Origin: Proteobacteria bacterium UBA3413
Lineage (GTDB): Bacteria; Pseudomonadota; Gammaproteobacteria; Magnimaribacterales; D2472
DNA length: 40,499 bases
NCBI GenBank assembly: GCA_002358345.1
Contig: DEOR01000044.1
Location: forward strand, 24,169 to 64,667
Direction of reading: 5' to 3'
Both the position numbers and the translations under genes were made by a program. The notes beneath the pieces were generated by a model. The model saw only the letters and a program-made list of their open reading frames with translations, was not told the DNA's origin and ran no database searches. Positions 13,342 through 21,259 of this stretch are shown in pieces (within the stretch, counting starts at the first letter, position 1; each line of letters starts with the position of its first letter).

Positions 13342-13750
13342 TTTTCTTGCTCACTGGCATTAATTCTGGCGGCATATAATTTTCGTCATGTTTCGCAAAA
13401 ATTTGCTCTGCAATAAAAGAACCGTTTTGATAATATCCCAAAGCCACAACACCACTATCCTCTTTAAACAAGTCTGGTGTTATGCCGCGAAAAGTAACTG
13501 GCACCTCACTTTCAAAATCCGTGACAATAAAAAAAATATCAGTATCAACACGTCTAATAGAGCCTATTTTTACCATGCCCCCAAGCTTGATTCGTGATCC
13601 TAACTTTAGCTCAGATGCTAACATTTCTGTTGGAGAGTAAAAAAGGTCTAGCTTGGAATTAAGGGAGAACAATACAAGTGAGATGCCGGCAACAGATAAA
13701 AGCAAAATAATAAAAAATTTCTGCAATCTTTTTTGTCTACTTTTAAGCAT
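13331..13750 (-). CDS. ccmE: Heme chaperone CcmE
   Basis: 'PDLFKE' and heme-binding 'AKHDENYMPPE'. Confidence 0.96.
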   Translation of the reverse strand: MLKSRQKRLQKFFIILLLSVAGISLVLFSLNSKLDLFYSPTEMLASELKLGSRIKLGGMVKIGSIRRVDTDIFFIVTDFESEVPVTFRGITPDLFKEDSGVVALGYYQNGSFIAEQIFAKHDENYMPPELMPVSKKNDS

Positions 13751-13907
13751 CTTTAATCTTTTTTGAGAGTGCTTTAAGTTTTCGAATAGTTACCTGAAAG
13801 CCAATGCTTATAAGTAGGATGGAAACCAGATAAACTGGCCATACATATATCCCATGGCCATCCATTATTAAAAAATGGTGAAGACTAGAAAAAGCAAAAT
13901 TAAACAT
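13743..13907 (-). CDS. ccmD: Heme exporter protein CcmD (54 aa; missing from ORF track)
   Basis: Hand translation MFNFAFSSLHHFLIMDGHGIYVWPVYLVSILLISIGFQVTIRKLKALSKKIKDA*. It shows the 'M.G...YVW..Y' motif, one TM and a basic tail, and overlaps both the ccmC stop and the ccmE start. Confidence 0.9.
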   Translation of the reverse strand: MFNFAFSSLHHFLIMDGHGIYVWPVYLVSILLISIGFQVTIRKLKALSKKIKDA

Positions 13908-14631
13908 AATTCTGCACCCATTTTTTAGTCTTTTCTCGAGTAATGATATAAAGCTTGCTAATTAAAATTCCAAGCGCAATTAGGGTTAAGCCCATACCGC
14001 TAATTGAGATCAGCAAAGGATACAGCATGGATAAATCAATGGATGGAGCTTCAGAAATAGTAATAGAAGCTGGCTGATGGAGCGTGGACCACCAGTCCAC
14101 AGATTTTTTGATGATAGGTATGTTTACAACACCAACCACCACTAAAATTGACATTAATCGATCTGCTTTTTCAGCATTTGAAAAAGAGCTATGAAGGGTA
14201 ATAATCCCTAGATACATAATAAAAAGTATTAAAGTTGAAGTTATTCTTGCATCCCACTGCCACCATGTCCCCCAGGTAGGAATGCCCCATATAGAACCTG
14301 AGAATAGTGCAATAAAAGTAATAAGCGCGCCAACTGGGGCTGAAGATTTAATCAAATAAGCGGCTAGTTTGACTCTCCAAACAAGATGCATCAAAGCACA
14401 AACAGCCATAAAAAAATAAATTAATTGCGCAAAGATAGAGGCTGGAACATGAAGAAAGATAATGCGGTATGAATTTCCCTGAATTGCATCTTCGGGTGCA
14501 AATGCAAGGCCCCAGATCCATCCGGTAGCGAGCAAGAACAAGCCTAGATACATGACGTATGAAAAAAAACGCGCTGTGACCTCAACAAAGCTTTTAGGTG
14601 AAGAGAATCTATGGATAAATGAGGTAATCAC
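13900..14631 (-). CDS. ccmC: Heme exporter protein CcmC
   Basis: 'RIIFLHVP', WWD motif 'WG.PTWGTWWQWDARITS' and 'WWSTLHQ'. Confidence 0.96.
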   Translation of the reverse strand: MITSFIHRFSSPKSFVEVTARFFSYVMYLGLFLLATGWIWGLAFAPEDAIQGNSYRIIFLHVPASIFAQLIYFFMAVCALMHLVWRVKLAAYLIKSSAPVGALITFIALFSGSIWGIPTWGTWWQWDARITSTLILFIMYLGIITLHSSFSNAEKADRLMSILVVVGVVNIPIIKKSVDWWSTLHQPASITISEAPSIDLSMLYPLLISISGMGLTLIALGILISKLYIITREKTKKWVQNYV

Positions 14632-14656
14632 AGAGAATATTATAAACTGAAGTCAC

Positions 14657-15307
14657 TCATTCTAGATGGGTTTTTAATGTAGCTGAGATGATGATAGGCA
14701 TTACGGCCGCAAGGATTAGCCCTACCCCTGCTAGCAAAGAGAGCACCTCAATGAAGCCTTCTCCATATTGAACAGTTCTGATGGCGCGTCCCAAAAGTAC
14801 AATGACTGGAAGAGCCAAAGGCAGGCTAACCAACACACCAAGCATTGCTCCTTTATTGATGGATAGAGCGCTACCAAAAGAAAATATGTTAAATAAAATT
14901 AATGTAGAAAAGGTCAAAATAACAAAAATTTTTGGTGTTTCATCAGCAGCAACGCCATTAGCAAAAGAAAATAATGAGCCAATAAGCGACATAGGAATGC
15001 CGATAAAGAAAATATAAATTGATATTTTGGTTAACACAACTTTGTAAAAGTCTTTTTCTTCTAAATAGATTTGTTCTAGTGATCCGTCCTCATAATCTTC
15101 AGAAAAAATAGACTCTGTTGCAAGAAATGAAATCACTAACAAAGAAACAACAATAATAGAAAAGTAGAATTTGTTTAGATCATACTGGGACACATCAATG
15201 CTTAGAGGGAATGCTATAAGAACAAGGACCATGATCAATAGCGGTCCTAGCCAAGCTCTCAATCTATGCCTAAGTTTAAAAGCCTCATGCGTTAATAAGT
15301 TAATCAT
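14657..15307 (-). CDS. ccmB: Heme exporter protein CcmB
   Basis: 'F.EDYEDGSLEQ' and 'LPLALPV' with multiple TMs. The likely start is ATG 15307, overlapping the ccmA stop. Confidence 0.9.
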   Translation of the reverse strand: MINLLTHEAFKLRHRLRAWLGPLLIMVLVLIAFPLSIDVSQYDLNKFYFSIIVVSLLVISFLATESIFSEDYEDGSLEQIYLEEKDFYKVVLTKISIYIFFIGIPMSLIGSLFSFANGVAADETPKIFVILTFSTLILFNIFSFGSALSINKGAMLGVLVSLPLALPVIVLLGRAIRTVQYGEGFIEVLSLLAGVGLILAAVMPIIISATLKTHLE

Positions 15308-15887
15308 TGCTCTGCTCCGAAAGAATGAGCTCCACGCACGGTATGCCAGGATCAATGTGTGAAGTTAGCACTAGGCTAGTCCCATCTGCTAATCTTGAGC
15401 AAAGAAACTGACTCACCAAATCCCTAGATAAATCATCTAAACCTACAAACGGTTCGTCTAAAACAATTAAATCCGATGATTTCCCAAGCACTCTGATAAG
15501 CGCAAGTTTTTTTTGCTGCCCAAAGGATAAGGTCGCCGTCATCTCATCTTGAACCTTCGTCAGTCCAAACGTCTGCATCCATGTCATAGCATCATCTAGC
15601 TCTGAGGGAGCAAATATTAGTTCTAAATTTTGCAATGGGGTTAAGTACTGCTTAATAGCATTTTTATGACCAAGATATGAAATGTTTAGATTTGGCTTAA
15701 AAAATACCACCTCGCCTTTGCTTGGAGAAGTCAGCCCCAGTAAAATTCTTATTAAAGTGCTCTTCCCTGATCCATTACCACCCTTAATGTGAAGCCCGCA
15801 GCCTGTCTCTAAAGAAAAAGTCAGATTATGGAATAGCCTATTTTCATTAATGGAATATCCAAGATTGCTTGCAGTAATTAATTGCAT
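15300..15887 (-). CDS. ccmA: Heme exporter ATP-binding protein CcmA
   Basis: Walker A GGNGSGKST, 'YLGH', LSFGQQKK, LDEPF and 'TSH'. First gene of the ccm run. Confidence 0.93.
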   Translation of the reverse strand: MQLITASNLGYSINENRLFHNLTFSLETGCGLHIKGGNGSGKSTLIRILLGLTSPSKGEVVFFKPNLNISYLGHKNAIKQYLTPLQNLELIFAPSELDDAMTWMQTFGLTKVQDEMTATLSFGQQKKLALIRVLGKSSDLIVLDEPFVGLDDLSRDLVSQFLCSRLADGTSLVLTSHIDPGIPCVELILSEQSND

Positions 15888-15891
15888 AAAA

Positions 15892-16407
15892 TTAAGTTAA
15901 TAGAGATGTTCCTCTTATTGTAAGCGATGGTAGTGGGTTTTGTGGATCCAGTCTGAGATAAAACCGTTTCGCTAACTCAGCAAATGGATTAGAGTGGATC
16001 TCTCCGATCCCACCCACTGAAAAATAAAGAGATTTAGAAAAAAAGATTCCCTGCTCTATCTGAGGCACTTTATTAAGAAAGGTATTGATCTTACCGATGC
16101 TCTGCAGAGCACCTTTAAACTTATTCCCAAAATGATACCAACCCCAAAACTGATATTCACTTCTTGCAAAATAAAACAATTGCGATCTCCCAATCTTTCT
16201 TGGAAACGCACCCACAGGAATTAAAGAGATTACTTTGGAGTCTAGCGCTGCAATTGTTGCATCTAAAATTGCTGGTAAATCTGCTAGCGATGAAAATGGA
16301 CAGAGTATACATTCTGTTCCATCTTCAATTTGGTAGGACTTAATTTTTGATAGTCTCTCCCTAGACCCAATAATAATGTAACTAACATTGGGCGGGCTCA
16401 TAGGCAT
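15892..16407 (-). CDS. Hypothetical protein, possibly a degenerate GT2-fold protein
   Basis: 171 aa tightly packed between metY and ccmA. 'VSYIII' and 'EQGIFFSKSLYFSVGGI' resemble GT2 (TIGR04283-like) motifs, but there is no DxD. Confidence 0.45.
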   Translation of the reverse strand: MPMSPPNVSYIIIGSRERLSKIKSYQIEDGTECILCPFSSLADLPAILDATIAALDSKVISLIPVGAFPRKIGRSQLFYFARSEYQFWGWYHFGNKFKGALQSIGKINTFLNKVPQIEQGIFFSKSLYFSVGGIGEIHSNPFAELAKRFYLRLDPQNPLPSLTIRGTSLLT

Positions 16408-16417
16408 TCCTTGAGAG

Positions 16418-17716
16418 CTAATTAGCTTTTGCTAGCGCTTGGTTGATGTCTGCAATGATGTCATCAATGTGCTCAATTCCAATAGATAAACGTACAAAGC
16501 CAGAGCTCACTCCGGCCGCTAGAAGCTCCTGCTCATTTAACTGAGAATGAGTGGTGCTTGCAGGGTGTATGGCCAAACTTCTTGAATCGCCAATATTTGC
16601 AACGTGATATAACATCTCTAAAGAATTCACAAAGCGCTTGCCGGCCTCGATGCCGCCTTTGATTTCAAATCCTTGTAACCCACCATGGCCTCCAGAGAGA
16701 TATTTATCTGCCCTTTCTTTTGGCAACCCTGTTGCCACGCCAGGATATGAAACTCTCTCAACCATGGGATGATTTACTAAAAATTCAGCTACTTTTTGAC
16801 CGTTCAGAGAATGTTCTTTCATTCTGAGATGTAAGGTCTCTAAGCCTTGGATGAACATAAAAGCATTAAATGGACTCATTGCTGCGCCTAAATCTCTTAA
16901 AATAGTTGTTCTAGCTTTTAATATGTATGCAATAGGTCCCATCGGCTTCACCGCCTCAGTCCAAATGACTCCGTTATAGGATGGATCAGGTGTGTTTAGT
17001 TTAGGCTGTCGCTCCGGATGAGCCTCCCAATCAAATTTACCGCTATCAACAATAATTCCACCGATAGAAGTTCCATGACCACCAATATATTTAGTGGTTG
17101 AGTGGATGAGAACAGCTGCGCCATGATCAAATGGTTTGCAGATTAACGGTGAGGCAGTATTATCAACAATTAATGGAATGCCAAGCGGCCTCCCAAGATC
17201 TGCAACCTCTGCGATTGGAAATACTTCAAAGCTTGGATTAGGTAAAACCTCTCCATAGTATGCGCGAGTTTTTTCATCGGTTGCATTAAGAAAATTCTGA
17301 GGGTCAGCAGGATCAACAAATCTCACTTCAATACCCATATCACTTAAAACATTTTTAAATTGGTTGTATGTTCCGCCATAAAGATGTGATGAAGCAATAA
17401 TATTATCTCCATGGGTACACAAATTTTGAATGGAATAAGCTGATGCTGCCTGGCCTGATGCCACACATAAAGCAGCAACTCCGCCTTCAAGGGCTGCAAT
17501 TCTATCCTCAAGAACAGCATTCGTTGGATTCATAATGCGTGAGTAAATATTTCCCAGCTCACCCAATGCAAAAAGATTTGCTGCATGATCAGCGCTATCA
17601 AACTGATAGCTCGTAGTCATATGAATAGGCACAGCAACAGAATTTGTTGTTTCGTCCTTCCTCCAACCAGTATGCAAGGCAATTGTAGCGGGATTTGTAT
17701 AATTTTTATCAGTCAT
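16418..17716 (-). CDS. metY: O-acetylhomoserine aminocarboxypropyltransferase (sulfhydrylase)
   Basis: 'YSRIMNPT', 'ALEGG...ASGQAA', PLP lysine motif 'HSTTKYIGGHG' and 'ANIGD.RSL.IHPASTTH'. GGAG SD at 17724-17727. Confidence 0.93.
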   Translation of the reverse strand: MTDKNYTNPATIALHTGWRKDETTNSVAVPIHMTTSYQFDSADHAANLFALGELGNIYSRIMNPTNAVLEDRIAALEGGVAALCVASGQAASAYSIQNLCTHGDNIIASSHLYGGTYNQFKNVLSDMGIEVRFVDPADPQNFLNATDEKTRAYYGEVLPNPSFEVFPIAEVADLGRPLGIPLIVDNTASPLICKPFDHGAAVLIHSTTKYIGGHGTSIGGIIVDSGKFDWEAHPERQPKLNTPDPSYNGVIWTEAVKPMGPIAYILKARTTILRDLGAAMSPFNAFMFIQGLETLHLRMKEHSLNGQKVAEFLVNHPMVERVSYPGVATGLPKERADKYLSGGHGGLQGFEIKGGIEAGKRFVNSLEMLYHVANIGDSRSLAIHPASTTHSQLNEQELLAAGVSSGFVRLSIGIEHIDDIIADINQALAKAN

Positions 17717-17793
17717 GTTATTTCTCCAATATAGCTAACTTGTTATTTAAAATGGTAACTTGTTGCTAAAGGAAATTCTTCCCGAAAGGAAAT

Positions 17794-17850
17794 CTGATTT
17801 AGCACAATTTATTTATAAAAGCGCTTGCAAGCTAGTCAAATTAGCGCTTA
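17794..17850 (-). ncRNA. SAM-II (SAM-alpha)/SAM-V-class riboswitch aptamer in the metY leader
   Basis: Minus strand reads UAAGCGCU-AAUUUGACUAGC-UUGC-A-AGCGCUU-UUAUAAAUAAAUUGU-GCUAAAUCAG. This gives a 7-bp P1 (AAGCGCU/AGCGCUU), an AUUU...UUGC loop, an A-rich linker and a 3' GCUAAA, matching the SAM-II pseudoknot pattern. It lies upstream of a methionine biosynthesis gene. Confidence 0.8.
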
Positions 17851-17895
17851 TCAAAATTATATATAAAAATAATCAAATGGCTACATTTTTTTAAT

Positions 17896-17912
17896 TTGTA
17901 GTAAAACTACAA
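17896..17912. promoter_or_regulatory. Inverted repeat TTGTAGT-N3-ACTACAA, candidate operator in the metY/cupin divergent promoter
   Basis: Perfect 7-bp inverted repeat, with an additional CTACA half-site at 17881-17885. Confidence 0.35.
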
Positions 17913-18017
17913 TACAAAATATCACTAAATGCTTTTAAAACAACATAAATTAAGTTTGTTGACATTTTTATTGGTATGAATTTAAATCCACTACACATTA
18001 AATATCTTAAAAACATC

Positions 18018-18416
18018 ATGGCAAAAAAATATGTAAATTTTCGGGTTGGCGGCAGTCCTCGGAAAGTAACGGATGACTACACAGTTTGGACGAATGACCT
18101 GCTTGGCAAGATCATTGCCAGTAAAACTGTAATTCAACCAGGTAAATCAACAGTGGGTCACAGATTAATTGAGTCGGACGTGGTGTATATCATTGTAAAT
18201 GGTAGAGGCACTATGGATGTAATTGAGTATATGAATTCTATGGAGGGACACGGTCGAGATCCTAGCCAAGGAATAGAGCATCAAGATTCATACTCTTTAA
18301 CTCAAGGAGATGTTATTTTGGTTCAGTCAGGTGATTTTGTGAAAGTGGCAAATGAATCTGAGCATGATCAGCTTACGTACTTGAGGATCTTTGATCGAGA
18401 GGGTTGGAGAGTATAG
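18018..18416 (+). CDS. Cupin-fold protein with degenerate metal site
   Basis: 'IQPGKSTVGH...VYIIVNGRG.M' and 'LTQGDVILV.SGDF.KV.N' cupin strands. The start is 18018 or 17976; TTGACA at 17959-17964 mildly favours the downstream ATG. Confidence 0.7.
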   Translation: MAKKYVNFRVGGSPRKVTDDYTVWTNDLLGKIIASKTVIQPGKSTVGHRLIESDVVYIIVNGRGTMDVIEYMNSMEGHGRDPSQGIEHQDSYSLTQGDVILVQSGDFVKVANESEHDQLTYLRIFDREGWRV

Positions 18417-18418
18417 TT

Positions 18419-20362
18419 TTACGAAGGCAATGCAGAGCTATCAACTAACAAAGTGAGAGCCTCTTCTATTGAATAATTGTTGGTTTGATTTTCGCTGAGA
18501 TTTCTTATTGAGACGGTATTCGATCCCATCTCCTCTTTGCCAATGATCGCCATCAAAGGAACCTTGGCATTGCTGTGTTCTCTGATCTTATATCCAATTT
18601 TTTCATTTCTAAGGTCTAGCTCAGCTCGTAAATTCAAAGCATCACATCTACCCTTAAGCTTGCTAGCATAATCAGCCACTTCGTCGGTGACGGTCATAAA
18701 AACAATCTGAGTTGGAGCAAGCCACAGCGGTAACTTACCAGAATAGTTTTCTATTAAAACGCCTAAGAATCTTTCAAAAGAACCAAGAATTGCGCGATGC
18801 ATCATTACCGGTCTATGCTTGGACCCATCCTCTCCAACATACTCGGCATCTAGACGTTCAGGAAGATTGAAATCTGCTTGAAATGTACCGCATTGCCATT
18901 CCCTGCCTATTGCGTCAGTCAAAACAAAATCTAACTTGGGCCCATAAAAAGCTCCGCCTCCTTCTTCGATAGAATAAGGAAGATCTAACTTTGTTATTGC
19001 AGATTTAAGAGCATTTTCAGCTTTATCCCAGACCTCATCAGATCCCACTCTAACCTCCGGTCTGGTTGAGAGCTTTATATCAAAACTGTTAAATCCTAAA
19101 TCAGCATAGATGGTGGAGAGCAGAGAAATAAATGATGCGGTTTCACTTTCAATCTGATCTTCTGTACAAAAAATATGTCCGTCATCTTGTGTGAAGCCTC
19201 TCACTCGCATTAATCCATGCATAGTTCCAGACGCTTCATATCTGTGGCATGAACCAAACTCCGCTAAGCGAACTGGTAAATCTCTGTAAGATTTCAATCC
19301 ATGGTTATAAACTTGCACATGACACGGGCAATTCATAGGCTTAAGTGCATTCACTCGCTTTTCATTAGCATGCTCTTCATCAATCTCAGTAATGAACATG
19401 TTCTCTCTATACTTATCCCAATGCCCCGATGCCTCCCAAAGCTTTCGATCAACGACTAATGGAGTGTTAATTTCATCGTATCCATTTGCAGCTTGCTTCT
19501 TACGCATGTAATTTTGCAGAGCAAGGTAAATAGACCATCCTTTAGGATGCCAAAACACCATGCCAGGTGCCTCTTCTTGAAAATGAAAGAGATCCATTTC
19601 TTTAGCTAGTTTTCGATGGTCTCTCTTTCCAGCCTCTTCAAGCAGAGCCAGGTATTTGTTCAGCTCTTTTTCATTTTTCCATGCAGTACCATAAATTCTA
19701 GTCAGCATTTCATTATTCGAATCGCCCTTCCAGTAAGCTCCTGAAATTTTTGTAAGCTTAAAAGCACCAACCTTCTCTAAGCTTGGCAAATGCGGTCCTC
19801 GGCATAAATCAATAAAGCCTGTGTCGCCCTGATTATAAATTTGAAAATTAGAATCTTGAGTTGAGTCTTCAATAATTTTTACTTTGTAGGGCTCGTCTAT
19901 CGCAGCAAAGGCTGACATGGCTTCCTCTTTAGAATGAATGGTTTTATTAATTATTGAATTCGAGGCAATTATTTTCTCCATCTCTTTTTCAATTTTAGGT
20001 AAATCGTCAATGGACACCGTTTTATCGCTCAAAAAATCATAATAAAAGCCATCGTCAATTGTTGGTCCAATTGCGAGCTTAGCGTTGGGATAAAGGTTTT
20101 TAATGGCGCGCGCTAAAACTTGAGCAGCAACAGTGTGTCGCATTATTTCTAGGCCTTCTTTTGAGTCAATGGTAAAAATTGAGATGCTGGAATCTTCAGA
20201 AACTGCATCACTCAAGTCTCGCTGCTCTCCATTGACCTCAAAGGCTATAGCAGCCTTGGCAAGCCCAACTCCAATCATGCTGGCAATTTCCAAACCAGTG
20301 ATTCCAGCTTGCGCTTGCTTTTGAGAGCCATCTGGCAAGGTGATTGTTATTTTTTTGGTCAT
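18419..20362 (-). CDS. thrS: Threonine--tRNA ligase
   Basis: TGS domain, editing-domain motifs 'RHTVA' and 'DLCRGPH', 'RDHRK', 'KPMNCP', 'GLMRVRGFTQDD', 'HRAILGSFERF' and an anticodon-binding domain. Confidence 0.98.
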   Translation of the reverse strand: MTKKITITLPDGSQKQAQAGITGLEIASMIGVGLAKAAIAFEVNGEQRDLSDAVSEDSSISIFTIDSKEGLEIMRHTVAAQVLARAIKNLYPNAKLAIGPTIDDGFYYDFLSDKTVSIDDLPKIEKEMEKIIASNSIINKTIHSKEEAMSAFAAIDEPYKVKIIEDSTQDSNFQIYNQGDTGFIDLCRGPHLPSLEKVGAFKLTKISGAYWKGDSNNEMLTRIYGTAWKNEKELNKYLALLEEAGKRDHRKLAKEMDLFHFQEEAPGMVFWHPKGWSIYLALQNYMRKKQAANGYDEINTPLVVDRKLWEASGHWDKYRENMFITEIDEEHANEKRVNALKPMNCPCHVQVYNHGLKSYRDLPVRLAEFGSCHRYEASGTMHGLMRVRGFTQDDGHIFCTEDQIESETASFISLLSTIYADLGFNSFDIKLSTRPEVRVGSDEVWDKAENALKSAITKLDLPYSIEEGGGAFYGPKLDFVLTDAIGREWQCGTFQADFNLPERLDAEYVGEDGSKHRPVMMHRAILGSFERFLGVLIENYSGKLPLWLAPTQIVFMTVTDEVADYASKLKGRCDALNLRAELDLRNEKIGYKIREHSNAKVPLMAIIGKEEMGSNTVSIRNLSENQTNNYSIEEALTLLVDSSALPS

Positions 20363-20405
20363 GTTTTAATCCTTGCGGATATTTTAATGTTTTTCAGTCC
20401 AAAGG

Positions 20406-20411
20406 TATAAT
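20406..20411 (+). promoter_or_regulatory. Sigma70 -10 box for tRNA-Arg
   Basis: Perfect TATAAT ending 7 nt before the first tRNA base; the -35 is weak. Confidence 0.5.
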
Positions 20412-20418
20412 GATTCTA

Positions 20419-20493
20419 GCCTTCTTAGTTAAACGGATATAACAACTCTCTCCTAAGGAGTAGTTCTAGGTTCGATTCCTGGAGAGGGCACCA
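20419..20493 (+). tRNA. tRNA-Arg (anticodon CCT)
   Basis: Cloverleaf with acceptor GCCTTCT/AGAGGGC, D arm GTTA/TAAC, anticodon arm ACTCT-CT[CCT]AA-GGAGT, T arm with GGTTCGATTCC and encoded CCA; 75 nt. Confidence 0.96.
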
Positions 20494-20655
20494 TTACTGT
20501 TAGAGGAAATATTTTGCAAAATTCTGTACCTAGATATGCGAGCTCTTCTAAATGGATGTAAATGCACAAAATAGTTGCATAGTAAAAAGCCTATGGCCCC
20601 TCTAGGTCCGTGAATACGTTTTTCCCGCAGTCTTAGAGTTTACTCGATTTTATCT

Positions 20656-21180
20656 TCATCTAAGACGTTTCTTTATCCTGCTAAGCGCAACCGGCGTAAC
20701 ACCGAGATAACGGGCGATATCGTTTTGGGTGAGTTGGTCAATAAGCTCTGGATTTTCGTGCGCGAATTTTTGATAGCGCTCTTCTGCCGAAAGGTTCAGG
20801 AATTCATATTCGCGTTGTTCCTTTTTCATCGACAGGACAAGCAAAAAATCGCGCATCTCAAGCGCAATCGCATGCGTCTGATTGGCGGCTTCGTATAAAT
20901 CAGAAAATGCCACCTTCACGAGCTGACTATCCTCAAGCGCCAAAAGATTAAACGTACAAGCTTCTTTCTTATGCGCGGCAGTTAGGCTCGCGATCATCCC
21001 GCCGGGGCGAAGAAAGGATTTAATCGTCTCTTTACCCTCTGGTGATACATAATAGGCCTTGAGCAAGCCTGAACGCACCGCATACAGATTTTCATCATCA
21101 TCGCCTTGCATGAACACATAATCATGCTTGGCGACTGAGACGGCTTTGCCGTGTTTGCCAATAAAATCAAGATTATTCAT
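20656..21180 (-). CDS. Crp/Fnr family transcriptional regulator
   Basis: cNMP-binding-like beta barrel ('QGD...LYAVRSGLLKAYY...G') and HTH 'QNDIARYLGVTPVALSRI'. Confidence 0.92.
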   Translation of the reverse strand: MNNLDFIGKHGKAVSVAKHDYVFMQGDDDENLYAVRSGLLKAYYVSPEGKETIKSFLRPGGMIASLTAAHKKEACTFNLLALEDSQLVKVAFSDLYEAANQTHAIALEMRDFLLVLSMKKEQREYEFLNLSAEERYQKFAHENPELIDQLTQNDIARYLGVTPVALSRIKKRLR

Positions 21181-21196
21181 TTTTTATTTCAATTTT

Positions 21197-21210
21197 TTAA
21201 CCTGGGTTAA
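21197..21210. promoter_or_regulatory. Palindrome TTAACC-TG-GGTTAA, candidate Crp/Fnr-family operator
   Basis: TTAAC-N4-GTTAA has the FNR/CprK-like geometry (5-N4-5) and lies between the divergent regulator and the SDR operon. Confidence 0.6.
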
Positions 21211-21259
21211 TTACAAATATTGCGTACCGACATCATAATAAAAATATGAGAGGTACGCT

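Noticed and set aside
17736-17764. 9-bp direct repeat TAACTTGTT x2 in the metY leader; possible second (tandem) SAM aptamer
   Set aside because: No second P1 helix or AUUU/UUG/CUAAA set is present, and two short AT-rich copies are insufficient to call a feature.
20494-20655. Search for an att repeat or integrase remnant after the tRNA; 12-bp palindrome ATTTTGCAAAAT at 20511-20522
   Set aside because: No second copy of the tRNA 3' end was seen, there is no recognisable recombinase fragment, and the AT-rich palindrome alone is weak evidence.
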